Shown here piece by piece: positions 23,192 to 30,244 of a stretch of 36,524 bases of DNA (the stretch's first letter is position 1; every line of letters starts with the position of its first letter). The notes under the pieces were generated by a model that saw only the letters and a program-made list of their open reading frames with translations, made no database searches and was not told the DNA's origin. This stretch comes from an uncultured Candidatus Saccharibacteria bacterium. Lineage in GTDB: Bacteria > Patescibacteriota > Doudnabacteria > UBA920. Location of the stretch: NCBI GenBank assembly GCA_964363335.1, contig CAYIHW010000002.1, positions 1-36,524 on the forward strand. Direction: 5' to 3'. A program made the translations under genes and the position numbers.

Positions 23192-24469
23192 CTACCGAAC
23201 GTAGCTGTTTATTTGCTCATCGGCCAATTTTTTAGGAACAGCGTAAGCGAGCTGGTTAATTAGCCGAATTTGGAGGCCGTTTTGGGCTTGGGTTTCGGCG
23301 GAGGGAGGAAGGCTTATTCCGGAAAAGGCTTCGCTGGTCTTGCCGTCAATCATCAGTTTAATGTAAAAATTGAAACGCGGCAGGCCTAAAAAATCTTCTT
23401 TGGTCATGGGGTAAAATTCCGCTGACAACCTTTCGGCATCTTCAATCCCCACCTCAAACGCCACCATTGTGCCCACATTTCCTAAAATGGCGTTTTGGAT
23501 TTTTTCCGGCAGCTGCGCGAAGTACTGGTTAGTCAGGTGGATGCCAAGGCCGTATTTCCGCGATTCGGAAAGCAGGCTGGCAAATGTGTTGGTAATTAAA
23601 TTTTGAAACTCATCCACGTACAGATAAAACGGATATCTTTTTTCCTGCGGGGTGCTTGCCCGTTTAAGTACCGCCGCCTGAAGTTTGGAAATAAAAATCA
23701 AGCCGAGCATCTGGGCGTTAATTTCGCCAATTTTTCCTTTGGACAAATCCACCAGCAGAATTTTTTCCTGGTTTAATATCTGGTCAAAATTAAAAGCCGA
23801 TTTCCTTTGGCCGATTATATTGCGCATAAGCCCATTGTTCATAAAGTGGCCAAATTTTGAAGTAAAGTAGTTAAGCATTTCAGACTTATGGAAATCCGAA
23901 GTATTTGCCATCTGCTTTGTCCAAAAATCTATAACCAAAGGATCTTTTAGATACTTTCGCTTTTTGGCTTCAAAACGCTTATCCATAAATAGTTTGGGAA
24001 TTTCAATTAAGCTTCCGCCTTCGGGTCCGGCCATTACTGTTAACGCCGCGCATCTTAGCCAATGCTCAAATTGCGGGCCGATGATGCCTGTTTTTTCCGG
24101 ATCGAATAATTTGTAAAATATTTCAATGGTTTGCGCCACCAAAAAATCTTTTTCATATTCATCTTTTGATTCCAGAAGATTTAAACCGAATGAATATTCG
24201 GCATCCGAAGGGTCAAACAAAATTACGTCTTCCAGCCGGTTTTTTGGTATCCGTTCCAGAATCCACTTTATGGATTCGCCGTGGGGGTCAATAAAGCAGA
24301 CGCCGTGCTGGTTTAAAATATCCTGCAGGCACATATTTTGGAAAATGGTGGATTTTCCCACGCCGGTTTTACCCAGCATATACATATGGCGCAGGCGGTC
24401 GGCGTTTTTAAAAATTATAGGCGTTTGTTTGTCTCTAAAGATATTTTTACCAATGGTTATGTAAGGCAT
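23192..24469 (-). CDS. TraD/VirD4/TraG-like (FtsK-HerA superfamily) P-loop ATPase, soluble form
   Basis: The Walker A motif is MLGKTGVGKST, followed by CFIDPHGE. The Walker B motif is FYLYVDEFQNL, followed by SESRKYGLGIHLTNQYFAQL. This layout is typical of T4SS coupling-protein-type or DUF87-type ATPases. No N-terminal TM helices are present. Confidence 0.75.
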   Translation of the reverse strand: MPYITIGKNIFRDKQTPIIFKNADRLRHMYMLGKTGVGKSTIFQNMCLQDILNQHGVCFIDPHGESIKWILERIPKNRLEDVILFDPSDAEYSFGLNLLESKDEYEKDFLVAQTIEIFYKLFDPEKTGIIGPQFEHWLRCAALTVMAGPEGGSLIEIPKLFMDKRFEAKKRKYLKDPLVIDFWTKQMANTSDFHKSEMLNYFTSKFGHFMNNGLMRNIIGQRKSAFNFDQILNQEKILLVDLSKGKIGEINAQMLGLIFISKLQAAVLKRASTPQEKRYPFYLYVDEFQNLITNTFASLLSESRKYGLGIHLTNQYFAQLPEKIQNAILGNVGTMVAFEVGIEDAERLSAEFYPMTKEDFLGLPRFNFYIKLMIDGKTSEAFSGISLPPSAETQAQNGLQIRLINQLAYAVPKKLADEQINSYVR

Positions 24470-24480
24470 AGGCGCGGTTA

Positions 24481-24795
24481 TTAAACTTCAACTCCAAAAA
24501 ATTTTTGTTCAAAATAGTAAGGATTCAATACAAAAGAGTAATGGGATAAGGCTTCGTCTCTGGCATCTTGCCAGTTGAGCAGCTGCTCAAATTGCCATTT
24601 TTCGTTTTCCAGTTTTTCGCTGATGTCATTATAGAACTTCAGGCAAACCAAGGAGCGAATTTCCTCCAAGCGGTTTTTCCTGTCTTTGTAAATGGTTTCC
24701 ACTTCGGCTTTGGTAATAGAGCCGGCGCCGGTTTGCCCCTCTCCAATATCGGCAGTATGGGTTTCGGCTGGTTTTAAAGTTTCTTTTGTTTGCAT
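24481..24795 (-). CDS. hypothetical small protein (104 aa)
   Basis: The ORF is tightly packed between the two ATPase genes (4-nt and 11-nt gaps). No recognisable motif. Confidence 0.6.
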   Translation of the reverse strand: MQTKETLKPAETHTADIGEGQTGAGSITKAEVETIYKDRKNRLEEIRSLVCLKFYNDISEKLENEKWQFEQLLNWQDARDEALSHYSFVLNPYYFEQKFFGVEV

Positions 24796-24799
24796 AAAA

Positions 24800-26467
24800 T
24801 TAAGAAGCTAATAATTTTTGAGTAATTAGGTTTTCGCAAGTGGTCTCGACAAACCGCTTAACCGGCCTGGCTCCAAAACGGGGGTCGGACAAAGTTTTAA
24901 TTTTGCCGATTAAAATATTCTGATCAATTTTAAATTTTACTTTGTGCCTGGCCGCTCTTGCCTCAATCTTTTTAATTTCCAACTTTGCTACTTCCAATAA
25001 ATTCTGCTCTGTTAAAGGATTAAAAACTAAAATTGCGTCAAAACGGTTTAAAAATTCCAAACGAAAAGCGCCTGAAAGCGCCGGGATTAGTTTTTCTTGA
25101 AGGAATGCGTCGTCGTTCATGTCTTCTTGGCCGTTAAAGCCGTTAATAATTTCCGAAACGCCCAAGTTGGATGTGGCCATAATTATGGTCTGGGTAAAAT
25201 CAATTGTCTCGCCTTGGCCGGAGGTTAGGCGGCCATCGTCCAGAATCTGCAAAAATACGTCGAATATTTTGGAATGCGCCTTTTCTATTTCATCCAGCAG
25301 TACCAAGCTAAAGGGCTGTTGTTTAATGGCATTGGTCAGGCCGCCGCCGGCATCAAAACCCACATAGCCGGCCGGAGAACCTATAAGCCGGGCGACGGTA
25401 TGAGCTTCGGCGAATTCCGACATGTCAATCCGCACAAAACTTTCTTTTTTGCCGAAAACTTTTTCCGCCACCAGCTTGGCGGTTTCAGTTTTGCCGACGC
25501 CGGACGGGCCGAGGCATAAAAAGGAGCCTAAAGGGCGGTTGGGGTTTTTTAAGCCCAAACGCGCTCGTTTAATGGCAGAGGTTATTTGCGTTAAGGCTTG
25601 CCTCTGGCCGATTATTTTCGTATTCAATTCCGTCTCCAAATTGTTCAACAATTCTTTGTCGGAAATTTTTAGCTGCTGGAGCGGTACTCCCGTTTTGTCC
25701 GAGACTACCCTTAAAATATCTTCCTCGCTGATATTTTGAGAATTTTTTACTTGCGCTAAAGCCAAAGATTCATCGAGTATGGCAATTCCCGCGGCCGGAA
25801 GGTGTCCGAGAGCGGGAAAACGTTCCGCCAACTGAAGGATTAAATCCAGAGTATCCGCGCCGGCGGTTATATGAGTTTTTTTGTTAAACTTGTTTAAAGC
25901 CTGTTCTAATATTAATAGTTGTTCTTGTTTTGGCTGGGCTGTGATATTCAGCGTTTCAAAATAATTCAAAAAATTTGGCTGCTGGCTTTCCAGCCATTTA
26001 AATTCTTTGGACTCCAGGCACAGCATTAATTGGACTTTGCCGGTTTCAGCCAAGGGTTTGAGTAGTTGAGTTGCGTAGTTTAACGCCCACGGTTTATTGT
26101 GAACCAGTTGGCCAAAATCATCTATAAATAAAATACACTTCGGCAGGCTTTCCATCGCTTCTTTATATTTTTGCAAAGGTACCGGGCCGCTTGAATTTAA
26201 AGCGTCAAAACTTTCCGCTGACAGCGCGATAACGGGCGGTAATTTTTGGCCGCCGGCGTGGCCTGAGATTTGTTTAATCCAACCCAAGACCAGACTGGTT
26301 TTACCAACCCCGCTTGAGCCGACAATCAGGCAATTGTTATGAATGCGGCGGCCCAAGACTCTGCCCATTCTTGACATTTCATCGTGCCTGCCGACAATAT
26401 TTTCAAGCCGGCCGTTTAAAGCCTCTAATTTTAGGTCATAGTATGCGATTTTTGAAAATTCCGGCAT
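24800..26467 (-). CDS. Hsp100/Clp-family AAA+ ATPase (two rings, no N- or M-domain, degenerate D1)
   Basis: D1 has IVGRHDEMSRMGRVLGRRIHNNCLIVGSSGVGKTS (Walker A) but ILFIDDFGQL (DD instead of DE). D2 is canonical: IIGQRQAL, LGPSGVGKTE, LVLLDEIEKAH, ATSNLG, EFLNRFD. GGAGG lies 10 nt upstream of the ATG. Confidence 0.85.
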   Translation of the reverse strand: MPEFSKIAYYDLKLEALNGRLENIVGRHDEMSRMGRVLGRRIHNNCLIVGSSGVGKTSLVLGWIKQISGHAGGQKLPPVIALSAESFDALNSSGPVPLQKYKEAMESLPKCILFIDDFGQLVHNKPWALNYATQLLKPLAETGKVQLMLCLESKEFKWLESQQPNFLNYFETLNITAQPKQEQLLILEQALNKFNKKTHITAGADTLDLILQLAERFPALGHLPAAGIAILDESLALAQVKNSQNISEEDILRVVSDKTGVPLQQLKISDKELLNNLETELNTKIIGQRQALTQITSAIKRARLGLKNPNRPLGSFLCLGPSGVGKTETAKLVAEKVFGKKESFVRIDMSEFAEAHTVARLIGSPAGYVGFDAGGGLTNAIKQQPFSLVLLDEIEKAHSKIFDVFLQILDDGRLTSGQGETIDFTQTIIMATSNLGVSEIINGFNGQEDMNDDAFLQEKLIPALSGAFRLEFLNRFDAILVFNPLTEQNLLEVAKLEIKKIEARAARHKVKFKIDQNILIGKIKTLSDPRFGARPVKRFVETTCENLITQKLLAS

Positions 26468-26493
26468 AAACTTTTTGCCTCCATGTTGGGGCT

Positions 26494-26539
26494 GTTGCCA
26501 TATAGCATCCGCCCGAGGCGGATGAGCTTGTTTGGCAAC
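26494..26539 (-). promoter_or_regulatory. intercistronic stem-loop between the acidic-protein gene and the Hsp100 gene
   Basis: The outer 7-bp stem is GTTGCCA/TGGCAAC and the inner 8-bp stem is CATCCGCC/GGCGGATG (26506-26524). No U-tract follows on the minus strand. Confidence 0.5.
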
Positions 26540-26552
26540 AGTCCTATGTTAA

Positions 26553-29117
26553 TTAGACTGCTAATTCAAATTCGGGAATGTAAACTCTAGGAGTTTCATT
26601 TACTATTTCATCGCCGCCGGCAATTATCGCCGGCTTGGAGGTTAATATTTTATTTATCAGTTCCGCGGGCCTTAAAGGCAGAGAAGTTTTTTGTGAAAAT
26701 TTAACGGTTACCGGTTTCGCGGCCTGCCCATTAGGCGCGGGTTGGGGAATTTTAGAGTTAAATTTTAGAGTGTCGGTTGTTGCTCCGGCCGCGTTAAAAT
26801 TTTGCTTGGCTTGAAAAGCCGGAGCGGTTTTAAGCTGTTCCCGCGAAATGGCCGATGTAAATGCGCGCCGTATTGGCTCCATATAATGCCGGGCATGATT
26901 GTCATTTTTCGCGGATCTGTTTTTAACAACTTCAACTTCTGCCGATTTCGTTGCCGCTTGAGCGGGTTCTTTTGCCTCGGGCTTGGCCTCTAATATCCTC
27001 GCCGCGGTTTCGGCTGCCCCCCGATCGGTTTTACTGGCTTCCGGTTTGAAAATAGCCGCTTCCAATTTTTGCGGTTTTACTTGAATTGGCTGCTTAGTAT
27101 TTTTAGGTATTTGGCGCGGGTTATGCTCATGCACAGGGGGAGCGGGGATAGCTCTATTACTTTTTTCCGCGGATTTGACTAGCCGGATTGTTTCAATTCC
27201 AATACCAGAACCGTTTTCTTTAGAAATACCTGCTGATATTGGCTGTTTTGCCGCAGTTTCGTGCCTTTTATTGTCTTCTTTGGGTAAATACCCCGTAGCT
27301 CTGCTTCGGAGGTTCCCTGCAGTCCCTCCTCGCCCCGAGTGCATCCGAGGGGAGAGGATTGAGGTGAGGGTGCAGTTTGCATCTGCAGTTGATACCTCGT
27401 CAGCTCTGTTGCGAGGTATTTCATTTATCAGGATATCTTCGACTTGGGCTAGGGCAATGCCTTCGGGTCCAAATATTGATTTTTTAGCGGGCTTTAAATC
27501 TAATACGCTTTCATCCTCCCTGACCGTAGCGAGAGTTATATTTGCATCAATATTTATTTTTTCCGCAAATGCCAGCCGCGGTCTTAACGCCGCTTCCGAC
27601 CTCTTGTCTTCAATTTTGCGAATTATGGTTGGATGTTCCTTAAAAATTTCAATAATGTCCGGTTTAATTTCCCTGGCTTTTCCGACAAATTTTGTTGGCT
27701 CACTTTCCCCGTCGTCCATTAAAGATATGCCGGCAGTTTCAGTCAGTTTAACTGGCTGTTGCCGCGCGGGCTTCAAAATCGCCGTGATATTTGCTGGGGG
27801 TTCTGAAATTTCTTCTAATTCCAAGCCGCCAGCCAGCATATCAATCAACTCAATTCCGCCGGTTTTTTTCAATATTTCGGCTGTCGGTATGGTTACAGGA
27901 GACCGCGCCGCTTCAATAACCGCTTCCCTTTTAAATTCAAAAGTTTCCGTTTTGGTTTTGTCGCCGGCTGTCTCAAAATCATTGTCTGTCTCTTCGGCAA
28001 GACTAATGCCTTCAAGTGAGCCAGTAGCAGTGTTAATCTCGGCTCGCGAAAATGGGATTAATTCCGCCTGTTCTTGTTGGCCTGCGAAAATTTCATAGGC
28101 TGGCAATTCGGGGCGCGGTGCCAAAAAGTCCGGTTTTGGATTCGCCGCGAATGTTTTTGCAGGTTTAGGAATATTATCGGGCCGGCTTGCTTCAACTCCC
28201 GGCGTCTCATCGTCGTAGTCTCCAGTTTCAACGGCAGATGTTACATCCACGGACTGCTCCAAACTTAATAAAGTTTCAACAGGCGATAAATTTTTATCCA
28301 AGATTGTTAAAACTTCCGTCTGGGCGCCGGTCGTAATGGTTTTGTCCGAATTTGAATAACTATTATCAAAATTTCGCAGTTCAATTCCGCTTGGGCGCGC
28401 TTGGGTTTCGCCGGCAATGCTTTCCGCCTTGGCAGTTTCTTGGTTCCCGGCCGTCGATTGCGCGGTTAGGCTATTTTCCGCCTCGAAAATTTTAAAGTTC
28501 TGAGCCGGAAGAAGACCGCTGTCATTATAATCGCCGTTAAAAAAATCAAAAATTTCAGAAGGGGAAGCTATGGCTTCCGATTCGGTTTTAAGACTGTATA
28601 CCTCGTAGCTAATGTTGCCCTTTTCATCCGCGAAATATATTTCACGCGCCATCACATCGCTGTTCGGTTTTTGAAATTCCGACACAGAAAATCCTTGCGA
28701 GTAAAGATCTTCCAAAATTTGTCCTTGGCGCTCCGCGGTATCCCCGCCTCGCATGACAGAAGTTTCTTTGCCGCCTTCTTCTTTATATACCCATTCCTTA
28801 ACGCTTCTTTTTAAAATATCTCCGCCTGTAGAGACGGCGACTTTTTCCCAGCCCTCTGCAGAGCCTAAAGACTCAGCCACTTCCGCCAATGAACCAAATT
28901 GAAATTGCTGTTCCTGTGTTTTACCGTGTTGATCCTCGGGCCCTTCGTGTTTTTGACCCGCTTCCGAATTAACAACCTCTGAATTTATCTGTCGGCTATC
29001 CCACCGTTCGGCATCCGGTTTTTCAAGAACATCATCAACCTTCGAATCCTCAATGTGCAAAGATTCGTCTAAGTCATCTGCTGTTATTTCGTGCGTGGTT
29101 GTCTCCGCTGTTCGCAT
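26553..29117 (-). CDS. large acidic low-complexity protein (854 aa), function unknown
   Basis: Uninterrupted 854-aa ORF with GGAG 8 nt upstream of the ATG. It is E/D/T/A/P-rich and I recognise no motif. A 307-aa antisense ORF exists but is much shorter and has a biased composition. Confidence 0.7.
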   Translation of the reverse strand: MRTAETTTHEITADDLDESLHIEDSKVDDVLEKPDAERWDSRQINSEVVNSEAGQKHEGPEDQHGKTQEQQFQFGSLAEVAESLGSAEGWEKVAVSTGGDILKRSVKEWVYKEEGGKETSVMRGGDTAERQGQILEDLYSQGFSVSEFQKPNSDVMAREIYFADEKGNISYEVYSLKTESEAIASPSEIFDFFNGDYNDSGLLPAQNFKIFEAENSLTAQSTAGNQETAKAESIAGETQARPSGIELRNFDNSYSNSDKTITTGAQTEVLTILDKNLSPVETLLSLEQSVDVTSAVETGDYDDETPGVEASRPDNIPKPAKTFAANPKPDFLAPRPELPAYEIFAGQQEQAELIPFSRAEINTATGSLEGISLAEETDNDFETAGDKTKTETFEFKREAVIEAARSPVTIPTAEILKKTGGIELIDMLAGGLELEEISEPPANITAILKPARQQPVKLTETAGISLMDDGESEPTKFVGKAREIKPDIIEIFKEHPTIIRKIEDKRSEAALRPRLAFAEKINIDANITLATVREDESVLDLKPAKKSIFGPEGIALAQVEDILINEIPRNRADEVSTADANCTLTSILSPRMHSGRGGTAGNLRSRATGYLPKEDNKRHETAAKQPISAGISKENGSGIGIETIRLVKSAEKSNRAIPAPPVHEHNPRQIPKNTKQPIQVKPQKLEAAIFKPEASKTDRGAAETAARILEAKPEAKEPAQAATKSAEVEVVKNRSAKNDNHARHYMEPIRRAFTSAISREQLKTAPAFQAKQNFNAAGATTDTLKFNSKIPQPAPNGQAAKPVTVKFSQKTSLPLRPAELINKILTSKPAIIAGGDEIVNETPRVYIPEFELAV

Positions 29118-29150
29118 AAATCTAGCTCCGAAATTATCCCCCTTATATTT

Positions 29151-29174
29151 AAAAAACCGCCCACAAGCGGACGG
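29151..29174 (-). terminator. intrinsic terminator immediately upstream of the operon RBS (leader terminator)
   Basis: The minus-strand RNA reads CCGUCC-GCUUGU-GGGCGG followed by UUUUUU. The stem contains a U-G pair that would be an A-C mismatch on the plus strand. The hairpin ends about 33 nt before the ATG at 29117. Confidence 0.65.
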
Positions 29175-29477
29175 TAAAGTATTTTGAAAATTTAGTCCGC
29201 CAACTAACGGACCAAAATAAAATAATTCCTGCTCGGGATATTCGCCAAGTTGGCGAATTGCAAAATTTATTTAGCGACCAGACTTAGGATCACAGATACG
29301 CAGATAAAAAACAGATTACACAGATGAATGCATTACTGCAGTATCTGCGCTATCTGTGTCATTAGTGCATCAGTGATCAATTACTGTTGCGGCACAGTGG
29401 AGGAATTATCCCAGCCTTAGGCCGGGACTCACCTCGCTTCCCTAAATAAATTGAATTGTTAAATTACTGAAAGCTTA
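29151..29477 (-). ncRNA. about 330-nt structured leader RNA or sRNA (unassigned family)
   Basis: It is bounded by the consensus promoter and the leader terminator. Minus-strand helices include CCCGGCC-UAA-GGCUGGG (G-U pair valid only on the minus strand), a long imperfect hairpin over 29288-29378, a 9-bp palindrome AAUUCGCCAA/UUGGCGAAU, GUCCG/CGGAC, and a long-range pair AGGAAUUAU (29401-29409) with AUAAUUCCU (29222-29230). Confidence 0.5.
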
Positions 29478-29483
29478 TTTCAA

Positions 29484-29512
29484 ATATTACTACCTCGTAC
29501 TAAATCTGTCAA
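29484..29512 (-). promoter_or_regulatory. near-consensus sigma70 promoter (TTGACA-17-TAATAT) on the minus strand
   Basis: The reverse complement of 29507-29512 is TTGACA, the spacer is exactly 17 nt, and the reverse complement of 29484-29489 is TAATAT. The predicted transcription start is near 29477. Confidence 0.65.
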
Positions 29513-30244
29513 TGGAGAACCTAAATATGTTAAAAACAGTGTGGATAAGTAAATACTTTTCAGTTGCCTGATTTAAGGTTTTTGACAAAAGTCATGCAAA
29601 ATGGCATAAATTTTTTTTACAACAAAATATAATCAAATTAAAAATGGCTATATATAAGAGAGAATAAATACGTGCAACAAATTCTATAATTTTTTTAAAT
29701 TAAAATAATATAGCTTGTTTCACTTCAATTATATGCGCATTGTTCCATAAATTTAGGTTTTAAATACTTTTTATTTCATTTGAAAATAGCAGATAAAAAG
29801 TATATTGTATTTGAAATTCATTTAGTTTAAAAATTATTTGAGGAATTTATAAATTGTTTCAAAATAAATAGTTTTTAAAATAGCAATGTTTAACAAAAAT
29901 TCTCAAATATAATAATTCCTGAAAATTTTGCTTGCTAAAACAGTTAAAAATAAGTTTTAAAAATCCCCAGTAAATCGGCAGTATTTTTTGTATTAAATTT
30001 CAGTATTTTTTCAATAAAATGAAACATCCTGATAACTCAAATTAAAGCAGTTTGGGGCGTTTCATCGGCCGTGTTTTCTGTATAGAAATTTTCCTAAAAT
30101 TTTTAGCCATTAAATTTTAAAACAGATATAATGTATTTAGATATCGCGTATCCGATATATGGCAAAAAAGCCTAAAACTATAAGAAAATTTTAAAACTAC
30201 AATTTAAATATCGGATAGCCGAGTTTACAAATATACACTAAAAA

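Noticed and set aside
27175-28098. 307-aa plus-strand ORF antisense to the 854-aa acidic-protein gene
   Set aside because: It lies wholly inside a much longer uninterrupted minus-strand ORF that has a good RBS. Its Ser/Ile/Ala/Phe-rich composition is what the reverse complement of an E/D/A/T-rich gene would produce. It is therefore likely a shadow ORF.
29151-29477. RNase P RNA on the minus strand (GAGGUGAGUCCCGG resembles CR-I GAGGAAAGUCCGG, and GCCGCAACAGUAAU resembles GUGCAACAGA)
   Set aside because: I found no CR-IV/CR-V (ACAGAA..GGCUUA) and no strand complementary to the would-be P4 helix. The RNA ends in a leader-type terminator directly upstream of an RBS. Only an Rfam/Infernal scan could settle this.
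29540-29548. Replication origin, suggested by a perfect DnaA box in a long AT-rich ORF-free region (a second perfect box lies at 21827-21835)
   Set aside because: There is one box per region with no cluster of boxes, and no dnaA, dnaN or other origin-linked genes nearby. The two hits are isolated and do not by themselves indicate an origin.
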